63,344 bases of DNA, filler included, from Reticulomyxa filosa (GCA_000512085.1; 19 parts of 19 records of this genome joined end to end with filler, not necessarily neighbours in it); one strand, 5' to 3'; positions 39,905 to 52,043 are shown, numbered from the whole stretch's first letter. Translations and numbers: made by a program. The notes: generated from the letters alone by a model not told the origin.

Positions 39905-40902
39905 TAATTACACACATACACATGTGCGTATATGCATATAACACAAACCTTCAGAGATTTGCTTTTGAAACAAGGACTTGACAATGATATATCTGTGTTC
40001 GCAATAAGTGCTGAAGATGCTATCCCAAACGACGCAGACGTCGCGTGGATGGAACTCACGACTAAAGAAGAGACGGATCCATCGAAGCATGTATAATTGC
40101 GGCTCGATATTGAGACTATTGAGGTGTTGGGACAGCCCCGGGTCCATTTGGCGCAAGTACTGGCTTTGGATGTTCTTGCATCGCACCGTGATCGGAGGGA
40201 GTGTGGAGGACTCCATTCTGCTGCGTGTTTTGTTTGGCGCTTTCGATTGCTCCGTGTTGCTACTGCTGCTGCTGCTGCTGCTGCTGCTACTACTACTGCT
40301 CGCAGTGGCATTCAGATTCGCATTATTTACATTGTTATAATAATACTTTGACATACTATTCATTATCGTCTCAAATAACCAATACGTGTCATGGTCGATG
40401 AATCGATAGTCTTGTACTATTTCCCAAAGACTTTCTGGACTTTGTATTTGCGTTTGAGTTGACAATTGAGTTTGTTGTGATTGTAATTGTGATTGTGATT
40501 GCGATTGTGTTTGTGTTTGTGTTTGTGTTTGTGTTTGTGATTGTAATTGTAATTGTGATTGTGATTGTGATTGTGTGGATGATTGAGTTTGTGAATCATT
40601 TGAAATTGACTCACCAACAGTCGCTGTTGCTGTTGCTGTTGCAGTGGTGATGTCCTCTTGTTTGTGCAGTAGCAAAGTCGATTGAACAGTATTGACCAAA
40701 AACACAACAGCCAGTAATTCGTTCATTCCTTGTTGATACGATATCAACGGATGCTGCTTCGCATAAATAAACAGTAAATCCACCAAATGCTTTTGCACAT
40801 ACTTACTGCTGAAAAAAGAATGTTCTGGGTACGTTCTTTCAACATCCAACTCAATCTTCTCTCTTAATTCCGTGTCTTCAAAAAATGTACTCCACGCCGT
40901 CT
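38417..40902 (-). CDS. TBC1D5: TBC-domain Rab-GAP, TBC1D5-like, 5' incomplete
   Basis: IELDVERT (Arg finger), YQQGMNELL (Gln finger), IDHDTYWLF, IEPQLYMLRWIRLFFSREF, VWDSIF, MKYPP. Confidence 0.85.
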
Positions 40903-40917
40903 ATTTTTTTTTAAAAA

Positions 40918-40955
<38 letters not shown>

Positions 40956-41055
40956 NNNNNNNNNNNNNNNNNNNNNNNNNNNNNNNNNNNNNNNNNNNNT
41001 TAATTAATTAANNNNNNNNNNNNNNNNNNNNNNNNNNNNNNNNNNNNNNNNNNNN

Positions 41056-41314
41056 GAGCCGTGAAATCGACGACCCTTGATCTGGAAGTCGTAGTGCCAG
41101 AAGCGCGAATTCTTGGGGCGGAATGGCATTGCTGCAGCCTTGCGGTGATGAAGTCGGTCAGGTCTTCGGCGCGATATCGAATCGTGCCAGAGGTCAGCAT
41201 CACATAGCGTAGGCCTTGGTCGCGCAGTCGGCGCAAGGTTTTCTCGCTGACCTGCAGCCGCTCTGCCGCCTGGGCGGGGGTCAGCAGGCCATCGGTGGAG
41301 GCTGCGGCCGTCAT
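41056..41314 (-). CDS. Phage excisionase-like HTH DNA-binding protein
   Basis: LLTPAQAAERLQVSEKTLRRL..IRYRAEDL pattern; GC-rich contig; ATGA-coupled to the upstream gene. Confidence 0.82.
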
Positions 41315-41498
41315 GGCACCCCTCGCTCGCTGGCCGCAGCCCTGATCAGCTGGCGCACTGTCTCGGCCATGCTGGTGCCGGCGCGCAGGGTCAGGTCGTA
41401 GAGGGCGCGATAGTCGGCAGGCGACAGGATCACCTGGATGGGTCGCTCGCCGCGGGCCGGTGGCGGGGCCATCTTGGGCGCTTGCGACCGTCAGTCAT
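41311..41498 (-). CDS. Small ribbon-helix-helix (CopG-like) protein; probable 1-nt homopolymer error near 41476
   Basis: PIQVILSPADYRALYDLTLRAGTSMAETVRQLI; in-frame ATG at 41470-41472, coupled ATG at 41496-41498 off by one base. Confidence 0.6.
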
Positions 41499-41698
41499 TG
41501 GTCCTGCCCTTCGCAATTGTTGATCGCCGCGATCACCTCCGACGTGGGTAGGCCAGTGGAGAATGAGGTAAATGCGCCCATTGAAATGACGGTCCTGTCG
41601 CCTTCCTGCATTACGACGAAACCGCTTTGCGGCAAGGTCACAGCGGCGTCACCGATGGTTAGGAAAATCATGCCAGCGATGATCTTGCATGTGAGCAT
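41495..41698 (-). CDS. Phage hypothetical protein (67 aa)
   Basis: GGAGG RBS and TGATG coupling; stop overlaps the next ATG. Confidence 0.6.
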   Translation of the reverse strand: MLTCKIIAGMIFLTIGDAAVTLPQSGFVVMQEGDRTVISMGAFTSFSTGLPTSEVIAAINNCEGQDQ

Positions 41699-41956
41699 CA
41701 CTCGCCTCCCTCTGTGGGCTTGGGCGCGGGAAAGCTGAACATGTAGCGCGCTATCCAAAGCGGCGGCATGTGGTCACAGCCTCGATCGACCGGGGCGCAA
41801 TAGATCATCCTCGGCCAAGTGGCGGTGATGTAGATTACCCCGAACAAGTTGAGCGCGGGGATGCTCTGGGAAATCAGAAGCGCGGCAAACAGACCGGCCC
41901 CGAGATACATCGAAATGAGATTGTTGATCACTGCCCCCATCACTCGCCTCCCTCTG
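41696..41956 (-). repeat. 19-bp direct repeat CAGAGGGAGGCGAGTGATG at 41696-41714 and 41938-41956
   Basis: Exact match; contains RBS, stop and start. Confidence 0.95.
41698..41940 (-). CDS. Phage hypothetical small membrane protein
   Basis: Two hydrophobic segments; flanked by identical 19-bp junction repeats. Confidence 0.65.
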   Translation of the reverse strand: MGAVINNLISMYLGAGLFAALLISQSIPALNLFGVIYITATWPRMIYCAPVDRGCDHMPPLWIARYMFSFPAPKPTEGGE

Positions 41957-42246
41957 GCCGCAGGAGGGCGAGGGCTTCGCGGCGTTCTTTCGCCTTGGCA
42001 ATCGCCTCTCCCTCAGTCGCGCAATGGATGAGTTCTTCATCGTCGCTATCGGGATCAAGCACCGGGGCAACAAACCCATACCGAGTCGGCCCGGTAAAGC
42101 TGCTGGCTATCTCGCAGACAACAAACGGCCCGACCATTGAGCGGGCTATTACCTCGTGCGGGGGTGTCCCCGCAGTCATCAGGATCACGCATCCGCCAGA
42201 ACCAATCGGCGCTTTCAAAATGCCGAGCCTCGTCATCCGCCCGGAT
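41940..42246 (-). CDS. Phage hypothetical protein, possibly 5' truncated
   Basis: Open frame ending EGGE*, coupled to the next gene. Confidence 0.55.
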
Positions 42247-42346
42247 NNNNNNNNNNNNNNNNNNNNNNNNNNNNNNNNNNNNNNNNNNNNTTAATTAATT
42301 AANNNNNNNNNNNNNNNNNNNNNNNNNNNNNNNNNNNNNNNNNNNN

Positions 42347-43342
42347 GGCCGGATGCGATGAGATATCATGTGCCTGAAACTGTTGATCTGATGTGTCAGA
42401 TGCGACATGACTACGTACAATATTTTTATCAAATGTTTGCTTGTCTGTGGGGATGTCAAACTTTGTTTGCTCAACCGGGTATACGTGCGTTTTGTGTTCA
42501 TGGACTTCTTGCCGCTGATTGGTTTGCGTACGTTCGGAGGGGATTTGCTTTCTGAGTGATGAAGGGACCTGTATTGGTTGAACTTGAATCGCTCCTGCAT
42601 TGTCTGCAAATTTGAACGTAGCCTCCGATGTTTTAGCGTTGATTGCGCCGGCGATAATGTAAACAAGAAGGATATGTGTGTATGTGCGTTAACGAATGGG
42701 TGCAAAAACTTACGTAATCCATCGCCCTTTGCAGGTGTTAGTTTTCCTTGTTCACGCAGTTCTTTGAAATGACTTGTAATTGCGACAACAATGTGTTGAT
42801 GCATCCTGCTTCCCGTCTTCTGCACTGTAATGTTTTCTTGTCAGTTGAATGAGCAAAGTCATCGCCGAGTGCACTATCTCCATCACTTCCGACGCAATCC
42901 ATGGACTTTGTTGATTCTGGCTAGATGTTGTGATTGAAACAAAAAAAACGACATTTCCACGCGAAGAATCTGGATTTTTACCTGTTGGTGCGATGTGCGA
43001 AGCTTGACGTACGTTTTGGACGATTGAGTATACATCTTCCGGGTTTTGGATAACGGTTTGATTGAGCTTGTCAATGTTGATTGTGGTTGATCCGATTTTC
43101 TTCGACCAATCCGAATTTTGATTGCGCTGATCCAACAAATCGAAAAATTCAATACGAGTGACTATTTGTCCAAATGCTTCTACTGCTGATAGTGATACTC
43201 GTGATATACCAGGCCTGTCCAACGCTGAGCGCAACATGTGGGGCAGCATTCCGATTTCAGTTTGTTGCTGATTGCCTATAATTGAAAATGTTTTTCCGCT
43301 TCCTGTTTGGCCATAGGCAAACAACACGGCGTTAAATCCCAT
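42347..43342 (-). pseudogene. Divergent kinesin motor-domain pseudogene
   Basis: [14 protein letters not shown] and NPDSSRG; then in shifted frames DCVGSDG, RRREAGCINTLLSQL, GLRKFLHPF, FLFTLSP; at least two frameshifts. Confidence 0.82.
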
Positions 43343-43769
43343 AATGACGTTATAACTTTGATTTTGTTAAAAAAAATATGTTTATGAGAAAAAAAAATTA
43401 ACTTTAATCAGACTTTTTTTTTTGTCTGTAAGAGTTATTGCAACTACAAATGTATTGTTTGATACCTTTTGTCGGCCACATTCTCAAGAAGTAAATGTTA
43501 CATACATAAATAAACAAAAGTTAATATTATGTATTCGCTAAGTTAAATTTTTGTAGAAAAGTAATGTAGCACTATTTACATTCGAATACTTTGTTGGCTT
43601 TTATACCTTTTTAAGATTTTTTAAATTGCAATTGTTGCTTAAAATTTTTTGATTTTTTTCATATTTAACTGCGAAACGTAAGTCCCACAAAGACGTTTTT
43701 TTCAAAGGGGTGCATTTTTCATCTTCTTTTTAAAAAAATTGAATTAAAACTTAGCACTTTATATTACAT

Positions 43770-44160
43770 CCAAAACATGGACAAGAAATGGTGCAAATGA
43801 ATGAAAAACAAAAGCAAGAAAACAAAGAAATGTTGCTTTTACGACGATGAAAAAACAATTTTAAATTTTATCTGCTAGTTGGATATATATTGCACGTCTA
43901 CAATAAAGATATGTATCAATGACGTTATCTGGACATTTGGTGGATATTTTTGGATCATATTAAAGCATTACATTTGTGAAAACAGATTGGAAATGTTTCG
44001 AAATGCTATAATAACTAAAATTTTGAATATGTAATGGTGTTAAGTGAAGACAACACATGTGTGCATTTGATTGGATGAAGATTTGACTTTAATGAAACGT
44101 TAAGACAAATCACAATGAACATGAAGAAATGTATGTCGAAAAAGAAAAAAAAGTTAGTAT
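43770..44160 (+). pseudogene. Possible Kelch-family remnant
   Basis: Broken frames IWTFGGY and VLSEDNTCVHLIG*; heavily decayed. Confidence 0.3.
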
Positions 44161-45299
44161 TGAGCATTTGTTGCAATTATGAATATTACAACAATTTTAA
44201 AAAGTTGTTTATTGCCTCAATATAAATAAAAACACTACTTTAAAAAAATTTAATAAATAAAATTTAAAAAAATACAAACTAAAAGCATTGATGGAAAAGG
44301 AATGAATTGAGTGATTATTAAAATCGTATGTTCAATTTAAAAAATAAAATAAAATAACAGGCAAAATATGATAATGAATAAAATTTAAAAAGTTGGCAAA
44401 TAAAATTTTTTCGAAATGTGAAGAACGCTAACAAATGAAATATTGCATAAAACAAACTTAAAAAAAAAGTAAAGTAATGAAAAAGCGAAAGAAAAAAAGT
44501 TAAATCATGATGCGCCTTCAGGCGCCGACCGAACTAAGTCTTTCTATTTTCTTTTATCTTCATTTGCTTTTTTTTAGCTTTTCGCGTTCTACAAAAGTGT
44601 TTTTTTGGTGTATCTTTTGAAATATCAACTGTATCGAATAAAAGTTTATTCTACTTATGGACGATTTTGCAAAAATGATATAGATACGTCATATCTCTTA
44701 GTATGTTTCTAATTACGTATTTTCATACAAGAACGAAACAGACATATTCTTTTACTATAAAAAGATTATATTATTTTAGAACCAATTCCGGTCTTTCTAC
44801 GACACTCCTACACAATAGGAACAGAGATAAGTAAAAAAGTTGGGGTTTTTTCAGCTAATCTCAAAAGTGATAACTGGAAAAGGTTTCTTTTTTAGTGTTT
44901 AGCACTTTTTCTTCGTCATCACAAGAGTCTTTTGTATCTATTTTTTGTTCATTCAAAAGTTGTTGACATTTCAGATGTAAAAATATAATTGGAAAGATAA
45001 TAATAAAAGTATGCATGCAAATGGTTCAGAACAAATAGACTAATGCGAAATATTAACATTGTTTACAAGTTGTTGACGTCGTCTGCTTAAAATTACCAAA
45101 TAGAGCATTGCTTGAAAGTCTTGCAAAGTGCCCCTGCACTAAAAGCAGAAAGGTGTGTTTTCTGTCAAATTGTTTTGGGTTAGGTTCTCAACCGGTTAAA
45201 AAAAGGGGAGAGAGAACGTGAAAAAAAAAACCCATTATCCCTTCCAAGCGACATTGGACATTATTGCCTCCTACTAAAAAAACTTAAAGGTAGAATCAA

Positions 45300-46651
45300 A
45301 TGCGGCCAATTTCTCGACTTTTCAGTTCGCGAATGTTTTGGACTCATGGTTTAGTTGAGTAAATTTGTAATACACATACGTTCCTTTAAAAAAAAAAAAA
45401 AAATCTTTCCCCCTTTTTTTTTTTAAAAAAAAAAAAAGGTCTGCGATCGGAGCAGGAGTATTTCTAAGCAAAGGTGTACTAGCGGACAGCCACAACCACA
45501 ACCACCACTCAAGCGTATCATCATCCTCCCTCTCCTCCTCCTCCTCCTCGTCATCATCATCATCATCATCATCGTCATCATCAGCAAGCGCCCTAAAAAA
45601 GAACGGGATCGTGACGGACCCAACGGACACGATAAAGCGCAGTCAGCGTAAGGTAGTGGACGACGAGCGGGAGGAGCGACGACGTTCGCAGTTGCGAATT
45701 TTCAGCGGTACGGCGAATCCAGAGTTGGCGAAGGAGGTGGCATCGAACCTGAACACGAATCTGTCGCGCATCGACATATCGCGCTTTGCCGACGGGGAGA
45801 TCGGTATACGTGTATTGGAGAACGTGCGAGGAAAGGACGTATTCATAATCCAGCCGACATGTCCACCAGGCGTGAACGACAACCTGATGGAATTGATCCT
45901 GTTGATATCAACGATGCGTCGCGCAAGCGCACGCAGTATCACAGCAGTGTTGCCGTATTACGGCTATGCTCGCCAAGACCGTAAGATGCAATCACGAGTG
46001 CCGATATCAGCAGCCGACGTGGCGAGATTGTTGGAGTCGATGGGCGTGGATCGAGTGGTGGCTGTGGATTTGCACTGCGGACAGATTCAAGGGTTCTTTG
46101 GACCGCGAACGCCTTGCGACAATTTGGATGGATCCATCGTGGCTTTGTCGTATTTCAAGAATGTGGTGGGAAGTGAAAAGAGTGTGATTGTGTCACCCGA
46201 CGCAGGGGGAGTGTATCGTGCGAAACGATTCCGCGATGGACTTAAGAAGATGGGCGTCGACTGCGGACTTGCCATGATTGTGAAACAACGCCAATCTGCT
46301 GGCAAGATTGAACAGATGGACTTGGTCGGACAGGTCGAAGACTGCAATTGCATCATTGTCGATGATATGATCGACACGGCTGGCACCCTTTGTCAGGCCA
46401 GTGCTGAACTCAAGACTCGTGGCGCTAAACGCATCTTTGCTTTTGCTACTCATGGCCTCTTCAACGGAAGTGCCATTGACAAAATCAATGCGTCGTCCTT
46501 TGAAAAGGTCGTCGTGTGCAACACTGTACCCATGGGCAACAAGCGCAGCGAGAAAATCGATCAGCTGTCCATCGCCAATCTGCTCGCAAAGGCCATCTAC
46601 AGCATCCACTTCAAAAAGAGCATCTCCGAAATCTTCGAGTTCGATGGCTGA
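45300..46651 (+). CDS. PRPS: Ribose-phosphate pyrophosphokinase (PRPP synthetase, class I) with N-terminal extension
   Basis: RFADGE, NDNLMEL, PYYGYARQDRK, DLHCGQIQGFF, VSPDAGG, VDDMIDTAGT, THGLF; frame open from 45440; probable exon 1 at ATG 45300. Confidence 0.95.
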
Positions 46652-46969
46652 ACGGTCATCCAGGAGAGAGAGAGAGAGAGAGAGAATCAGAATGAAAATG
46701 AAAATGAGTTTTCCTTCTCTCCTCTTCCTTCCCCTTCCCTTGACTTTGGGCATATCGGAATTTTTACCTCATACCCTCCCCCCCCCCAACCCCCTTTTTT
46801 TTTTAAAAAAAAAAGNNNNNNNNNNNNNNNNNNNNNNNNNNNNNNNNNNNNNNNNNNNNTTAATTAATTAANNNNNNNNNNNNNNNNNNNNNNNNNNNNN
46901 NNNNNNNNNNNNNNNCTATGTTAAATAAACATTTTGATTAGTATTTTTTAAAAAAGAAAAAACAAATGA

Positions 46970-47195
46970 ACTAACATAATTGACAACAAGTTTGTCAAAA
47001 TCATGAATCCATACTAATTTGATTTTCAATATTCGAATCCAATGTTGTATAATTACTTGAATCTTTTCTTCTTCAGACTGTTTGAATCACAAATTATATA
47101 CGATAAGTAAAACAAAAAACTTTCTGAAAGCTTGTAATAAAGCTTACCAACGCTAGTTGTATTGGAGCTCGCTTCTCATTACTAAGAGTTGTCAT
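46970..47195 (-). CDS. N-terminal exons of an expanded host family member (usually WD40-repeat), truncated by contig end
   Basis: MTTLSNEKRAPIQLAL|SEEEKIQVIIQHWIRILKIKLVWIHDFDKLVVNY with a GTAAG..CAG intron; family link from recollection. Confidence 0.5.
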
Positions 47196-48859
47196 TTTAT
47201 TTTTTTTTTTAAGTTCGTTTTTGATGATGTAAAATGGAAGATATTGAACTTTTTTTCCTGTAAAAGGTAATGAAAGGGGTTTTCAAAAATATGTCGGCAA
47301 CATGAAAAACAGGATTTTAACAAACATGTTAGTTTTTTTTCAAAAATTTTCATAAAAAATGTAATTTAACACAGCTTTTATAAACTTTAAATGTTTTTAT
47401 TCCTTATTTTTAAATTGATTAATAAAAAGTAGAAACATAAATTCCATAAATTGCATAAATTACATAAATGATATATTTTCCATGAATTACTTAGAAATAG
47501 TCGAATAAATTGCATACTTCTTTTTTAGATTACTTTATCGTAAAAGATATTTGATAAAATTTGTATTCATTGCAGTGTCATTGTTAATATTTAAATTGAT
47601 TTTCTAGTCAATATATCACACAACCAAATTGTCTTATCCTTTGGACAAGACGCAATTGTAGTATAATCTGAAGAAAATCTTATCTCAGTTACACCTTTAT
47701 TTCATTCGAATAAAAACAGCTGATTTTTCAGATGATTTATGTTTTTACAAAATGTGTACGTCATTCAAATGTTTGAATCATTTTCTGCTGCAGATTGATT
47801 TTTTTGAATAACATTTCAAATGCCAAATATTGATAATATTATTGAACACATAATTTATTTGAATATTTTTAACATAAATATCAATCAATTGTTCATTAAA
47901 TGCTTCATGCATTTGTGATTTGATATTGTTTTATTAATGAAACGAAGAAGAAATTGTTCATGTACCATTTTATACAAAATTGTAATGTTCATGTAAGGCA
48001 TTATTGCAAATATAATTTAATGTTTCATTTATTTAATTTGAAACGTGTTTATTTGGCTTAAATTGAGAAAGTTGATCATATTATGTATGTAAAGGCTTTT
48101 TTTTTAACTTGTCAGTATATTTCGGTTTTTTAAAGACAACCCAAAAAAAAAGAAAAGTAAACAAAAAGATGAATCAAAGACTGATATTTAATTTAATTTT
48201 TTAAAAATATAATTTGAAATAATTAAGAAAAAAATTGATAAATTTCATATGATTATGAAATAAAACCAAATTCAAAATCATATCTAACAGATATTTAATT
48301 ATGCTTCTTCAAAATTTATTTTATATACTGTACAGTAGGTTGCAAAGAAAACTGAACGCCTAAAACGGTATCNNNNNNNNNNNNNNNNNNNNNNNNNNNN
48401 NNNNNNNNNNNNNNNNTTAATTAATTAANNNNNNNNNNNNNNNNNNNNNNNNNNNNNNNNNNNNNNNNNNNNTTTTTTTTCTTCGTTCTCGTCTTTATTC
48501 ATGTGTTTCTTTTTTATACTGTTACAAGTATTTTTACTTAATTGAAATAATACCAACTTAATGAGTTTGTTGTTTTTTTTTGTAGTGAACTTAAGGTAAT
48601 ATACATAAGAGTTTCTGTCACAGAATTTTACTTTTGATTTTTAGTTGATTTAAATATAAATGATATCACTTTGTTGTTTGTTGATGAAATAATGAAAATG
48701 AAAATATTCCAAATTATTACTGAAATAATTGTAAAAAAATATTAAATTGTTTTCAATGACCAACAAAAAAAATAACAAAACAATTAATTATAAATTGATA
48801 TACAATTTTACATATACAATGAATAATAATAATGTCCTATCTGTTATTCAAAAATTTGT

Positions 48860-51627
48860 TTATTTTTTATTCCATGTTTCTTTATCTTTTTCAACAAATG
48901 GTAAACCATTATGTATTGTATTTAACATTGCATATTCAATAGCAGTAAGTTTTTTCCAAAGAATATCTTTTTCAGAAAGAAAGATACAAAATAAATTAAT
49001 ATTATTATTATTACAACGTCTTTTTATAAATTGATGAATTTGTTCTTGATTATATTTTTGTTCTTTTTTATTATCTTGTCTTTTCCATTCTTCAAATTCT
49101 GATAATAATACAATTGTTTGATAAATATCTTCTCCACAACAATAAGTAAGAGCAATATAAATAAGATTTAAATCAATAGAATGATTCCATATTGTACTAA
49201 TTTGTATAATTTGTTGAATAAATTGATCATATATTTTCCATGTTAATAATAAAATTTGTGTATATTTATTATCATTTTCTATTTTTATATTCCATTGTGA
49301 AGAATATTTTTTATTTAAAATATTTGTAGAAGATCTTGAAAATAATATTTGATTATATTTATATGAAGATATCCATGATATATTACAACTATAAATTGTA
49401 GGTGAACGTCTCATAGAAGGATGAAAATGTAAAATACATCCTTGTTTATTTGTTTTTTGTATTTGTGCAATTTGTAAATTATTAAATGTATTTATATATG
49501 TTATAAAATATCCTGTTTGAATAGTTTTTTTTATATTATCTAATTTAATTCCTTTTAATACACAATATAAATCAATATTATTTTCTTCTCTTCTTTCATA
49601 TTTATATAATATTTGAATAGCATTAGTTAAATATATATTTAAATAATACCATTTAAGATGATTAAATTGTATTTGATCATAACAAAATTGAATATTACAT
49701 GATTTTTCAGAATATAATAATAATGAACAAATTTCATGTAATTCAAGTGGATATCCCATATATTTATGAATATCAGAATTAAATAATAATTTAATTTGTT
49801 TTAATATTATTAAATTTTTTTCATTTAAATATAATTCATCTGGATTATTTTTATTAAAATTTAATTGTTTATTATTATATGATTTTTTTTTATCAATTAA
49901 ATCACATAAAAATCCATTCTTAATTACTTCATGTAAAATATTTTTTAATCCATTTTGACTTATTTGTTTTGAAAATAAATTTAAATTATCTTCAATAAAT
50001 TTAAATTTATAAATATCACATTTATATAAAAATGGATTTAATGAAATATTATCTTCTTTAATATCTTCTTTTATATCATTCTTTATATTATTTCCAATAG
50101 TATATTTATAAGGTATCATTGATATTATTTTTATTTCTAAATAAACTTTAATATATGGATAATAATTTATATTTTTATAAATATCATATAATAATGTATT
50201 ATCTCTAATATGAGAAGGAATTAAAGGATTACATTTATCAAATTCACATTCAAATAATATTATTGAATCTTTTTCTTTATCAAAATATTCTTGTATTTCA
50301 AATTTATTCTTTATATATTCAAGTAATTGTTTTAAATTTATAAGATAAGGATTTATTGATTCTTTATGAATTATCATATTTGGATCTTTCCAAGTTACAT
50401 AAAATGAATTAAATTCCTATAATTAATAAATAAATATATATATTATATATATATATTATATATATATATTATATACATATTTATTTATTTATTTATTCAT
50501 TAACAGAACAACAATTGGAAAAATTTATTCTTTCAAACCATTCCAATGTACGAAATCTCCAAGAGTTATTAATAATAATATCACACCATTTAATATTATT
50601 TTTCTCAATATCAGAAATATCATTTTCCCATTGAATATTTACATTACATTCAATTAAAGATTTTTTTGGATTTCCTATTTGTAATGATTGAACTTGAAAT
50701 TCTTTATTTTCTGTTCCCAATAATACAATTCTTCGATGTTCATAATCAAATACAATTCCATATTCTCTCCATATTTTATCATTTAACATCCAAATTGTTT
50801 TTGGAACAAATAAAGTAGTTTTATATCTATTTTTATAATTTATAATTTATAATTTAAAATATATATAAAATATATATACAATAAAATAAAATAAATTAAA
50901 TTACATTGTTTGAGTATTAATCCATTTTTTATAATGTTTCCATACTGATAATAATTGTACTTGATCTGGATAATACCAATTACCATCTTTTCCTTTTTTA
51001 AATCCAAATTCTTGTAAATTATTTTGCATTTGTATTAAAGATGAATTTTCATTCATATTCATTTGTTTATATTTATTTTTTAATCTTATATTTAATGCTT
51101 GATTGTCAATTTGATGATATTTCATTTTTTTGGGATAATTTAATAAATTCCACAATACATGTAAACACATTTCTCTTAATATTTTTAATTCATTCGTTTC
51201 TTCTGATCTATTTTTACATATACATATATAAATAATATTCTTAATTCAAAAATATTTTTTTATAACTTTTCGATATTGTCAGTAGAACATGCTTCATTCA
51301 ATTTCAAAAGTGTGTCACCATAAATTTTATTGCATTTAATCCATGTTTCCAAAATCAATTTCTTTTTTATTCGATTACCAAAAACTTCTAATAATTGCAT
51401 CAATTGATCTTGTTTTTCAATAGGTGTACTATATTCAAAATAAAAATATTCATAAGAATATTATCTTTTTTATTTTTTATTTTTTAAAAAAAAAAATAGA
51501 GCAACTTATTTTCGGCGATAAAACGCAAGATCGCCTTTGTTTCAGCCAAATTTTCATTACAACAAGTCCATGCCCTCAAAAGGATTTCTTCTTGTATATT
51601 GGAAAAATATTGTTGGAGTTGCTCCAT
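48860..51627 (-). CDS. CUE-like + PUB-like + ADP-ribosyltransferase-like multi-exon protein
   Basis: MEQLQQYFSNIQEEILLRAW..LAETKAIL; CLHVLWNLLNYPKKMKYHQI..LQEFGF; LLLYS..KW..LTNAIQIL..LYCVL..YINTF..GCILHF..NISWIS..ILF. Confidence 0.65.
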
Positions 51628-52043
51628 TTCTTTTTAAAAACAGAGATTATTACAAGAAAAGCTAGCAAGTTTTTTTTTCTGTTCTTTCCCCCTTTCACTC
51701 CACTTAGAAATTTCACTCGACCTCAAGACGTTGTATCCTCTGCCACGAATGATTGCAATGAAGACATGATACTATCTGGACCAAATGATAAAAATTTTAA
51801 TTGTTGGTATTTGATCAAATAAGAGTGGATCAAAGAGATCACAAAGATAGTGTAGTTCTGTGTTTTAAATTTTTTCCATAAGTCAATCCAATTATAATTT
51901 TAAACATTTTCTTCTCTGATTAAATTTCAGTTTGCAAACACAGATTCAATCTTGGTCAATGCTGTATCTTCGCAAACGGCGAGGAGCAGCTTTATGTGTT
52001 CATTTCTGAGAATTTTTAATAAACAAATCATCTTCATTTGAAT

